Source of the DNA: a virus
Lineage: Duplodnaviria > Heunggongvirae > Uroviricota > Caudoviricetes
Direction: 5' to 3' (one strand)
DNA length: 64,000 nucleotides
Virus record (IMG/VR): IMGVR_UViG_3300046542_000361
Position 1 is the first letter of the stretch. Each line of letters begins with the position of its first letter. Shown piece after piece: positions 18,411 through 26,153 of the stretch. The notes beneath the pieces were generated by a model. The model was not told where the DNA came from, did not search any database, and saw only the letters and a list, made by a program, of their open reading frames with translations. A program made the position numbers and the translations under genes.

Positions 18411-18625
18411 GTTTAGTGACTAAGTTAAAATAGTCAGTTAGACATCGGGATGCATGACTATTTTAGCGGTTTCTCTTGTGCGCCGATTCGCCGTGGGTTA
18501 TCTGACGGTTGCACAAAGTTCGTGCCTCTCTCCACACAAGAGAAAATGATGGGTTGCGTGATCACCCCACGGTAGCTTAGGAATGAAGTCCTAAGAGCAT
18601 AACATGTTGAAAAGGAAATACCTGA

Positions 18626-18856
18626 ATGCCCCGGCGAGCCTTTGATGTAATCGCGCATGAACTGAAAGCCTCCCTCCTCGAGCACACGGCTCATTTCCTC
18701 AAGGAGCGCGGCCTGCAATTTGATTCACCCGGCTACCATGCCCAAGCGTCCTTCGGTCTCGAGGATGCAGCGCGAGAGCTCATCATCTTCGGCGCAAACC
18801 TCTCCCCCGACTATCAGCAATTGACCCCTGCCCACAACATCACAGTCGCGGCCTAA
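18626..18856 (+). CDS. hypothetical protein (76 aa), a rare plus-strand gene
   Basis: ATG with RBS AAGGAAA. Followed by a hairpin terminator. Confidence 0.55.
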   Translation: MPRRAFDVIAHELKASLLEHTAHFLKERGLQFDSPGYHAQASFGLEDAARELIIFGANLSPDYQQLTPAHNITVAA

Positions 18857-18868
18857 GTCCCTAAATGT

Positions 18869-19162
18869 CTAGGGGCGCGCATCGGCGCCCCTTCCTTTCC
18901 AGTCACGGTTGATTTTCTCCATACCTGCGCGCGCTAGCTCACCTATGAAGTTAGGATGTTTTTCCCAGAACTTCAGCTTGCGCTCACATATCACCAATTC
19001 CTTCTCGGCCTGCCAGCGCTCGATCGGCGATCCGCGCTCAGCAAAGAAGGTCAGCGCCCGCTTATTTCCGTAATGGCGCAGATACGCTTTGGTGCCGTCC
19101 ATCTTGTCGACGGAAATATTGCTGGCGCCGCTGCCGACGCTTTCATCGTATATTAATGCCAT
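18869..19162 (-). CDS. hypothetical protein
   Basis: RBS GGAGAG. Confidence 0.55.
   Translation of the reverse strand: MALIYDESVGSGASNISVDKMDGTKAYLRHYGNKRALTFFAERGSPIERWQAEKELVICERKLKFWEKHPNFIGELARAGMEKINRDWKGRGADARP
18871..18892. terminator. hairpin AGGGGCGC-gcatcg-GCGCCCCT between convergent genes (bidirectional)
   Basis: 8-bp perfect stem. Overlaps the 3' end of the 18869 gene. Confidence 0.5.
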
Positions 19163-19278
19163 GCTCTAGCTCTCCGTTGTATAACAGAAGAACTATCGCG
19201 CATTTATATTAGGCGATCTATTGGCGCTTGTCGGCAGATGATCCGCCATATTCCCTGAATATTATCTGAACACGAAAT

Positions 19279-19304
19279 AAGCGGCGCATGGGATGCGCCG
19301 CCTT
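19279..19304 (-). terminator. hairpin GCGGCGCAT-ggg-ATGCGCCGC after the rtcB operon
   Basis: Read directly. U-rich tail on the minus strand. Confidence 0.5.
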
Positions 19305-19333
19305 GGTCTGTTGCTTAAACGTTATATCTCGCC

Positions 19334-20791
19334 TTACGAGGCAATCGCCTCCGGCTTCTTTTTCTTCGCGCGCTGCCACTTCATTTCGCCGGCCATGATC
19401 GAGCCTCTGGGCTGGATGCGATCGACAACGTCGGCCAGGCCGTGCTTTGTGATCTGCGCCTGCACCTGGTCGGCGCTCTTGTAGGCCGAGGGAAACTCCG
19501 ACGGGTCGGCAAAGCCGGTGTAGAAGCGAACGTCGAGCCCGGCCGTCTCCTTGATCATCTGGGTCGACACGTCGCGCGGGCTCAAGCCGCGGTCGTCTGA
19601 GCCGTATTCAGCGGCCAGGCGCTTCATATGTGCCGTGCGTGACAGATTGCGGCCGGCGCCGTGCGGTGCAAAGCCGAGTGCGTCCTCGTTGTTGGCGTGC
19701 TTGGTGACGAGGATCGGCTGGGCCATGTTGAGCGGGATCAGCGTCAGGCCGCGGTCGTCAGCTGCGAAGCCGTCATAGGACGGTGTTGCGCCCTTGCCGT
19801 GGTAGTAGAGCCCGTCCGCGCGCCGGAAGACGAAGTTATGCTCGTTCCAGACCTGGTCGATGATCGCATTGCCGAGGTAGTGCGCGATCAGCTGGTGAAT
19901 GCCGAAGTGATTGTATTTCGTCCACAGCCGGACGATCTGCATGGCATCCCAGTAAGCCTTGCCGTCTTCGCTGTTAGCGTCGATCCAGGCATTGTGCAGC
20001 GGGATTCGCGGCGCGACGATGCGCGTGTGCTTCTCTGCAACACGCTTGCCGCGCTTGTAGAGCTGCGCGCCGAGGCCGCGCGAGCCGTGATGCGTGACGA
20101 TCGCCATCTGCTTCGTGCTCTCGAGCTCGCCAACGAAGAGGAAGTGATTGCCGTCGCCCTGGGTCATGAAGTGCTCGACGGCGATATCCTCGAGGCCGCG
20201 CAGGAACGGATTGCTGTCGAACTTGGCGACGATCTGACCGAGGATCGGCGTGAACGCCGACGGAATATCCTTGTCGTTCGTCCGAGCGCCTGGTCCGAAG
20301 TGCGTTGCCTTCATCGCGGCCGTCATCACCTTGCCGACGTCATCGTCGCGCTTGAAGACGCTCATGGCGACGGAGCAGCAGATATCGGCCGAGTGGAAGC
20401 CCGGATGGATCGCGTCTTTGGTCGCCACGACGCCACCGACAGGGATGGTGCCCATCTGGCTGCCGGAAGGGCAGGCGTCAGGCATAACCGCGCCCTTGAC
20501 GATCGTCGGCGTGCGCAGCAGCGCATCCATGTGCGCAATAACCGACGCAGTGTTGAGGATCTCGTCCTCGGTCTCCGGCTCGATGAAGCGGGCGAACGGA
20601 ATGGAGTTCGTGCGCAGCGGCACGCCCTCGGTCACGGCCGGCATGACGCGCAGCGTGAAGAGGTGGTCGATGATCTGCCGATCGCTTTTACCTTCGGCGC
20701 GCATCGCGTTGGCGATGGGCAGAGCCTCTTGAAACCAGGCGCCGGGCTCGAGGCCCCACGAAACGAGGGTCTTTCCAGAAATATTGCTCAC
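19334..20791 (-). CDS. rtcB: RtcB-family RNA 3'-phosphate / 5'-OH ligase
   Basis: GDGNHF, HHGSRGLG and C-terminal HGAGR motifs are diagnostic of RtcB. 485 aa. GTG start with RBS AAAGGAAAG. Confidence 0.85.
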   Translation of the reverse strand: MSNISGKTLVSWGLEPGAWFQEALPIANAMRAEGKSDRQIIDHLFTLRVMPAVTEGVPLRTNSIPFARFIEPETEDEILNTASVIAHMDALLRTPTIVKGAVMPDACPSGSQMGTIPVGGVVATKDAIHPGFHSADICCSVAMSVFKRDDDVGKVMTAAMKATHFGPGARTNDKDIPSAFTPILGQIVAKFDSNPFLRGLEDIAVEHFMTQGDGNHFLFVGELESTKQMAIVTHHGSRGLGAQLYKRGKRVAEKHTRIVAPRIPLHNAWIDANSEDGKAYWDAMQIVRLWTKYNHFGIHQLIAHYLGNAIIDQVWNEHNFVFRRADGLYYHGKGATPSYDGFAADDRGLTLIPLNMAQPILVTKHANNEDALGFAPHGAGRNLSRTAHMKRLAAEYGSDDRGLSPRDVSTQMIKETAGLDVRFYTGFADPSEFPSAYKSADQVQAQITKHGLADVVDRIQPRGSIMAGEMKWQRAKKKKPEAIAS

Positions 20792-21082
20792 TTATGCTTT
20801 CCTTTGCTGTCTGCGCCGAGCGGCACTCGTCAATTGGATAAAGTGACGAAATGCACGCCAGGCCTCTTTGGTGTATGGCCCTTGTTCGGGCCGGTATTGG
20901 TTGCCGTCCTCACCGAGGAACACGTCAAACTCGCCGTCATAGGTCGCGATGACGAAGGTCATGCCGAAGCCACCCTGGTTCATCCATGAGATCAACTGGG
21001 TGGCGTCCGCCTTTGTGCGCTCTTGAAGACCGAGGACGATCGAGTGGCCGTCGCCGAGGGCCAAGACGAATTTGTCGGCCAT
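20792..21082 (-). CDS. hypothetical protein immediately upstream of rtcB
   Basis: ORF track. Coupled to rtcB. Confidence 0.5.
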   Translation of the reverse strand: MADKFVLALGDGHSIVLGLQERTKADATQLISWMNQGGFGMTFVIATYDGEFDVFLGEDGNQYRPEQGPYTKEAWRAFRHFIQLTSAARRRQQRKA

Positions 21083-21249
21083 CAGTCGAACAGCCGAAGA
21101 ATGGCGAATGCAGCCTGTTTCTCGCGGTCGCTCAGCTTATCATTGTGCTCAAGCAACCACTCGTCGAGGCTCATCGGCTCGAGGTCGGGCCGGCTGTTCA
21201 TCATCGCGTTGGCGATTTTGTCGAGGGCTGCGAATTGCTCGTTAGTCAT
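21082..21249 (-). CDS. hypothetical small protein (55 aa, MTNEQFAALDK…)
   Basis: Internal ATG. The track's 172-aa frame is Arg/Ser/Thr-rich and overlaps the 21242 gene. Confidence 0.45.
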   Translation of the reverse strand: MTNEQFAALDKIANAMMNSRPDLEPMSLDEWLLEHNDKLSDREKQAAFAILRLFD

Positions 21250-21715
21250 CGGAACGCCCTTCCGCCTCGGCTTTGTCGGCGCAGTCCGGGCAGCGGCCGT
21301 TGTAGCCATCGCCACCGTCCGCATATTCCTCGCCGCAGTCGCGGCAGGTGTTCTCGTCGTCTTCCGTAACGCCGGCCTCGTCATTGCGAACCCAGATCCA
21401 AGCCTGAACAAAGGCCCCAGGATCATCGCCAGGCGAAACGAAGGCGTCATCGTCGACCTCCATTTCATCGTCAGCCTGGGTCTGCAGATAGGCGCGGTAG
21501 GGATCGGCCGGATCGAAGTCAGCGCGGACCTTGCCGAAGCGATCGAGGATCGCCTGCAGCTCGTCCTTGGCCGCGGTGACGGTCTGAATTGAGCTGGCAT
21601 TCAGCGCCTGATTGCCACTCATCAGCGTGTCGAGCGCCTCGCGGTAGCGGCTGATGCTCGAAGCGAGGGCTGCCTCCACACCGGTCATCTGTTTGTCGTC
21701 GAGGTTAATCCACAT
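21242..21715 (-). CDS. acidic protein with C-terminal zinc ribbon (CRDC…CPDC)
   Basis: Strong RBS GAGGAGAAA. Confidence 0.6.
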   Translation of the reverse strand: MWINLDDKQMTGVEAALASSISRYREALDTLMSGNQALNASSIQTVTAAKDELQAILDRFGKVRADFDPADPYRAYLQTQADDEMEVDDDAFVSPGDDPGAFVQAWIWVRNDEAGVTEDDENTCRDCGEEYADGGDGYNGRCPDCADKAEAEGRSDD

Positions 21716-21726
21716 TCGCTTTCTCC

Positions 21727-22011
21727 TCAGATCGGGTTGACGTGAGCGACACAGTTGACGCCATCGGGCACATGCCAGTTGAGGGCACCGGCGACATTCG
21801 CATCGGGCACGAGGAAGAAGCGGAGATCTTCCGGACCAGCCTCATCAGCCGTTTCCGATGACAGAACGCCTTCAAAGACGGCAGACCATCCGATCGTGAT
21901 GTCAGAGGCCTTCCAGATGTCGAACGCCTCCTGTGGCGTGCCGGCGCGCACAAAGAGGTCCATGCTGTCGCCATTGTTGTCGCTGCCGTTGATGAAATAG
22001 AGGTTGGTCAT
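21727..22011 (-). CDS. hypothetical protein (from MTNLYFINGSD)
   Basis: Internal ATG at 22011. Confidence 0.5.
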   Translation of the reverse strand: MTNLYFINGSDNNGDSMDLFVRAGTPQEAFDIWKASDITIGWSAVFEGVLSSETADEAGPEDLRFFLVPDANVAGALNWHVPDGVNCVAHVNPI

Positions 22012-22018
22012 TGGCGTC

Positions 22019-22300
22019 TCACATACCGCCGAGGCCGAAGCCGCCCGGCGTGCCAGCCTGGACGCCGATCGACGGGTCGCTGAAATTGCGGAAGCCAACG
22101 ACGGGAATGTCGCAGCGCCGGTCAAACTTGCCGACTGGTGCGGTGCGCTCGCAGTCGTTGGCCGACTTATAGGGATGGCCGGCGATCCGGTATTCGTTGC
22201 GCTTCAGCGTCGTGTATGCCGACGATGTGGCGTGCTCCGAAACGCTCGAGCAGGATACGGCGAGCAAAGCCATGCCCGTCACGATGACGAGGTTCTTCAT
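22019..22300 (-). CDS. small lipoprotein (signal peptide plus lipobox LLAVSC)
   Basis: MKNLVIVTGMALLAVSCSS. RBS AAGGAAA. The motif lies upstream at 22355-22379. Confidence 0.6.
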   Translation of the reverse strand: MKNLVIVTGMALLAVSCSSVSEHATSSAYTTLKRNEYRIAGHPYKSANDCERTAPVGKFDRRCDIPVVGFRNFSDPSIGVQAGTPGGFGLGGM

Positions 22301-22370
22301 GATGGATTTCCTTCTGCTGAAACTTCGAAGCGCCTTATGGGATGCGCCGCGGAGTAAGTCAATAATGATT

Positions 22371-22401
22371 GACCGACGGAGACACGATATCCCCGTCGGT
22401 C
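22371..22401 (-). terminator. hairpin GACCGACGG-N13-CCGTCGGTC downstream of the 22409 gene
   Basis: Read directly. Confidence 0.45.
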
Positions 22402-22408
22402 ACGCGGC

Positions 22409-23203
22409 TCACGCGCCGGCCGCAGGTGCCGGCTGGGCGAAGATTTCGCGCAGGCGCTTGGCGACGGTCGAGTTCTCGTTGAACACCAGGGTGTTCTTCT
22501 GGCGCGTGGCGATCTTCGTCGCTTCGAAGAGCGTCATCACCTGGCCCGACTGCGATTGCGCCGTGCCCTGCTTGTAGCTCGCCTTGAACATCGTCGTGAT
22601 GTCCGTGCCGGTGATCGTCTTCTTGTCGTCCAGCAGCTTGAAGGCTGCCTTGACGTAGACCGACGGCTGCTTGCCGGCGTGCAGAGCGGCGAAGAGATTT
22701 TCGAACTTCTCGGCGATCTTCTTCTGGCTCGGCAGGGCAGCCATCACAGCCGTCTTGTTCGCGGCGAGGGCGTCATCGTCCATCGTCGACGCATCGCCTT
22801 CGAGCACGAAGACCTTCGCATCGAGCGAGGCCATGTCGCGCGGCGTGCGCGGGGTGGAAGCTGCACGCGGCGCGCGGGGCGTTGCGGCCGACTGACTGCG
22901 GGCGGCAGCAGCTGCTTCGGAAGGCTTTTCGGCGACGTCCGTTTCGCTCGTCTGTTCGGCATAGCCGTCTTCACGGTCGAGGGACATTTCGAGGTCGTCG
23001 ACGTTGACGTTTTCGAGATCCTCTTCCGTCACGGTCGAGCCGTTGTCGTCGGCTGCCGAGGTTTCGACGATCTCTTCGATTTCATCGGAGATCTCATCGC
23101 CGGCAAGGCCGTCGAGCTCCAGATCGTCGAGCAGGTCGTCAAGAGCGGCTGCAGTCGAGCCGGCGAGGGTTACGTTAGAGGTCGATGCGAGCAACTTTGC
23201 CAT
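22409..23203 (-). CDS. hypothetical protein with a highly acidic N-terminal half (about 264 aa from MAKLLASTS)
   Basis: ATG at 23203 with strong RBS AAAGGAGACA. Long D/E-rich segment (…DDLLDDLELDGLAGDEISDEIEEIVETSAADD…). Confidence 0.55.
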   Translation of the reverse strand: MAKLLASTSNVTLAGSTAAALDDLLDDLELDGLAGDEISDEIEEIVETSAADDNGSTVTEEDLENVNVDDLEMSLDREDGYAEQTSETDVAEKPSEAAAAARSQSAATPRAPRAASTPRTPRDMASLDAKVFVLEGDASTMDDDALAANKTAVMAALPSQKKIAEKFENLFAALHAGKQPSVYVKAAFKLLDDKKTITGTDITTMFKASYKQGTAQSQSGQVMTLFEATKIATRQKNTLVFNENSTVAKRLREIFAQPAPAAGA

Positions 23204-23292
23204 TTCTGTCTCCTTTTCGAGTTCGTTCAAGTCGTTGTTTTCGCTTGCATTGTCTTTATAGCGCGTCATTGATTGGAACTCGGTAGGATAAT

Positions 23293-23850
23293 TCAGGCAG
23301 CCGCTGGGATTTGGCTGGCGATTTGCGGCCGCTCGACAAAGCCGAACCGACGCGCGTTGAAGAGGCTCTGCATCATGCAGTTGACGTCGTAGTCCGCGGC
23401 GTGTGCGAGGGCCGGATCGTAGTCGACGTCACAGGCAAGGCAGAGCTCGCGCAGGTTCGGCTTCTTACCGTCCGGCGTCGCCCAGCTGTATTGCATGGTG
23501 TCGATGATCTCGCGCTTCGGCATGACCAGACCCACGCGCTTGAACTCGTAGGTGACGAAGTCAATATCGAACGCGGCGTTGTGCGCGACGATGATATCCG
23601 CCTTGGACAGATACGCGTGGAGCTTGGGCGCGACCAACTCCCAGGTCGGCATGCCAACCAGGTCTGCGGACGAGATATTGTGGACGGCCTGCGCCTCCTT
23701 GGCGATCGAGCGCTGCGGGTCGATCCGCTGGTTGAAGTCGCGCAAGAGGGACTCGCCGCGATACAGGCCGACATAGACTTCGACGAAGCGGTGATCGCCA
23801 AAGTCGAGGCCGGTGGTTTCAGTATCGAAGCCTGCTTCAATCGGATCCAT
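23293..23850 (-). CDS. DEDDh 3'-5' exonuclease (DnaQ / epsilon-like)
   Basis: Exo I FDTETTGL, Exo II HNAAFD, Exo III HAADYD. RBS AAAGGAATGG. Confidence 0.8.
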   Translation of the reverse strand: MDPIEAGFDTETTGLDFGDHRFVEVYVGLYRGESLLRDFNQRIDPQRSIAKEAQAVHNISSADLVGMPTWELVAPKLHAYLSKADIIVAHNAAFDIDFVTYEFKRVGLVMPKREIIDTMQYSWATPDGKKPNLRELCLACDVDYDPALAHAADYDVNCMMQSLFNARRFGFVERPQIASQIPAAA

Positions 23851-24160
23851 TTATCCATTCCTTTATTCGTTGCAGATCGGCAGGGCTGATGCCCTTGTGT
23901 GCAACAATGATATCGAAGATCGACCAGGCGTTCGGGTGGCGACGCTTGGTGCGATCGTAGTCGTTCCAGTGGTCATTCATCGCGTGGGCGCATTGCTCGG
24001 CCATAGCGCGCCCAGGGAAGCGAATCTCGGCCTCGGGTGATAGCTGACGCGTCAAATGGGTGATCGTGCGCCCACGCCGCTCACAGAGTCGCCAGGAACC
24101 ATCTTCCTCTTGGCGCGCTCCCCAGGCCATTAGCCGAGGCTCCGGCAATACTCCACGCAA
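23837..24160 (-). CDS. hypothetical protein (start uncertain)
   Basis: ORF track. Confidence 0.35.
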   Translation of the reverse strand: MRGVLPEPRLMAWGARQEEDGSWRLCERRGRTITHLTRQLSPEAEIRFPGRAMAEQCAHAMNDHWNDYDRTKRRHPNAWSIFDIIVAHKGISPADLQRIKEWINGSD

Positions 24161-24357
24161 GCCTTCCGGGCTTCGGCGAGGGTAGAATAGAGTCCGCTGA
24201 AAACGTAGCGGTCGCGCTGCATGACGCCAGCAAGATACGGGTCAATCGTCCGGTCGACGTGATCGACGCTCATGATGGCGACGCCGTTGTTCAGGGTCAT
24301 GCCTTGGCCCTTCTTGAGGGTAGGCGACTTCCAGTCGACCATTTCAATGACTGTCAT
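24130..24357 (-). CDS. hypothetical small protein (from MTVIEMVDWK)
   Basis: Internal ATG. The N-terminal extension is Arg-rich. Confidence 0.4.
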   Translation of the reverse strand: MTVIEMVDWKSPTLKKGQGMTLNNGVAIMSVDHVDRTIDPYLAGVMQRDRYVFSGLYSTLAEARKACVEYCRSLG

Positions 24358-24463
24358 GGCGCCACCTGCGACAAAACGAGCATGATGACCGAGTAGACGG
24401 TAAAGGCTGCGATGATTGAGCCCCACAGGATCAGCCGGCACTCTTTCGTGTGCCGCGGCGTTC

Positions 24464-25039
24464 TCAGACGTGAATCCATGTCTTTTCCTCCAAGATATTA
24501 ACGATGGTGGATCGCGCAACGCCGTGCTTCTTCGCCAGCACCGACGGGCTATCTTTCGAGGCGCGGATCTCAATGATCTCCGGCACTGTCAGTTTGGCGT
24601 TCGAATTCTGCGAGCCGCGGCCGGTCTTCAGGCCGTTGGCGTGGGCGTGCTTTTCGTTGTCACGGCCGGTCGACCATTCCAGCTGATATTCGCCCCACTT
24701 CTCGATCAGCTCCTGTGTCGGCTGCTTGAGATAATTGTGGCTCTTGTCGCCGTCGATATGGTTGACCTGCGGCAGGTTGAGCGGGTTCGGCAGGAACGCC
24801 AGCGCGATGACGCGATTGACGAGGACCGACTTCGTGACGCCCTTGAAGGTCAGGTTGAAATAGACTCGGCCGGTCGCCTTGTGCGTCCGGAACTTGACCG
24901 AGTGAACCTCGGCGCTCATGCGCTTGTAGTCAGCAGACGCATACTTGCGACGCCAGATGGTGCCGTCTTCGCGAGCAATGATGTAGCGGCAGGCGATCGC
25001 CTCGAGGATCCACGCGTCTTTTGGGAACTTGTCGGTCAC
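24464..25039 (-). CDS. HNH homing endonuclease (free-standing)
   Basis: VNHIDGDKSHNY HNH motif. GTG start overlaps the upstream stop (GTGA); RBS GAAGGGG. Confidence 0.7.
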   Translation of the reverse strand: MTDKFPKDAWILEAIACRYIIAREDGTIWRRKYASADYKRMSAEVHSVKFRTHKATGRVYFNLTFKGVTKSVLVNRVIALAFLPNPLNLPQVNHIDGDKSHNYLKQPTQELIEKWGEYQLEWSTGRDNEKHAHANGLKTGRGSQNSNAKLTVPEIIEIRASKDSPSVLAKKHGVARSTIVNILEEKTWIHV

Positions 25040-25293
25040 TTTTTCTGCCCCTTCAGCGTGGCGCGCAGTGCGCTGTGCAGGGTCTCGAGCACGCGGCTGT
25101 CGCTTTCGAAGACGAGGCCGGCCGTGATATCCCACATGAGGCTGATGAGGAGGTAGAGCTCCTTGTCGCTGATGACGCCTCGGGTGTGGGCGTCGACGCG
25201 GCGCTTGAGCTCGTGATTGAGCTTGCGGCTCAGCTCCTCGACGTGCGTCGGCCATTCAGCGGCGTCTGGATTGATCGTCGAGGAGACTGTCAT
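25036..25293 (-). CDS. hypothetical protein (from MTVSSTINPD)
   Basis: ATG with RBS GAAAGG. The motif lies upstream at 25306-25337. Confidence 0.5.
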   Translation of the reverse strand: MTVSSTINPDAAEWPTHVEELSRKLNHELKRRVDAHTRGVISDKELYLLISLMWDITAGLVFESDSRVLETLHSALRATLKGQKK

Positions 25294-25330
25294 TTTAGGC
25301 CTTTCATCAATCAATGTTGACTGACTATAA

Positions 25331-25981
25331 TCAAGCTGCGGTTGGAAGTGAAGCGTATTTCACGCGGCGCCGGATGGCATCTTCGTAGGCCTGCAGGAAG
25401 AATTCCTTGGCCTGGAATGCGCCCATCATTTCGATCTCGTAGGGAGCCACCGCGGAATCGTCATGCATCTTGCCGGACTGCCATTCCTCGTTCGGGTCTT
25501 TCGGCACGATCTGCTGGCTCTCGGCCGCGCAGACGGCTTCATCGGCCATCTTCACTTCCCTGGGCAGCGGGAAGGCGAGATTGAAGCGCTTGGCGAAGGT
25601 CTGCTCCCAGCTGAGCTCGATCGGCGCGTAAACGCGATGGACGGTCGGCTCGTGCTTCAACGGGCGGATCATGTCGCCGGTGACGTATTCCGGGCCATCG
25701 TGCAGGAGCGCCTCGAGCTCGTATTCCGGCTTGTGGAGCACGTCGCGCACATAGCGGGCGCAATAGACCGAATGCTCGGCGACCGAGAAGGAGATACGGC
25801 TGCGGAACAGCTTGTGCTGCGTTGCGCCGTTCCAGCGATTGTTGGTCGCCAGGTGATGCGCCACGACCTCGATGTCGATTTCTTCAGGCCGCGGATCGAA
25901 GAGATAGATCTTCTTACCGCTTGCGGAGTGCATGTATTGGCCGCGATTGGCTCGCTGGCCTTGGGCGTTAATCTCGATCAT
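25331..25981 (-). CDS. HD-domain phosphohydrolase (possible nucleotidase)
   Basis: H…HD…D signature: VVAHHLATNNRW … LLHDGPEYVTGD. RBS TAGGAGTG. Confidence 0.6.
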   Translation of the reverse strand: MIEINAQGQRANRGQYMHSASGKKIYLFDPRPEEIDIEVVAHHLATNNRWNGATQHKLFRSRISFSVAEHSVYCARYVRDVLHKPEYELEALLHDGPEYVTGDMIRPLKHEPTVHRVYAPIELSWEQTFAKRFNLAFPLPREVKMADEAVCAAESQQIVPKDPNEEWQSGKMHDDSAVAPYEIEMMGAFQAKEFFLQAYEDAIRRRVKYASLPTAA

Positions 25982-25990
25982 TCGACACTC

Positions 25991-26098
25991 CTAAAGTGCG
26001 TGTTGGAGCAGCAGCAGCGTTGCAGCTGCGGCCAGGAAAAGAATACCAACGGTCGTCGAGCGACGGCGACGGCTGGCGAGGCGATAAAGATTGGTCAT
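25991..26098 (-). CDS. small hydrophobic peptide, 35 aa (MTNLYRLASRRRRSTTVGILFLAAAATLLLLQHAL)
   Basis: Not in the ORF track. Strong RBS AGAGGAAAG. One TM helix. Confidence 0.45.
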   Translation of the reverse strand: MTNLYRLASRRRRSTTVGILFLAAAATLLLLQHAL

Positions 26099-26153
26099 GC
26101 TTTCCTCTTGGTTTGAGGACCGGCCCAATTGCCGATCCTCGTGATGCCTGGGA

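Noticed and set aside
22019-22300. Lipoprotein as an Rz1-type o-spanin marking a lysis cassette
   Set aside because: No adjacent endolysin, holin or i-spanin is recognisable. It sits in an early operon with rtcB.
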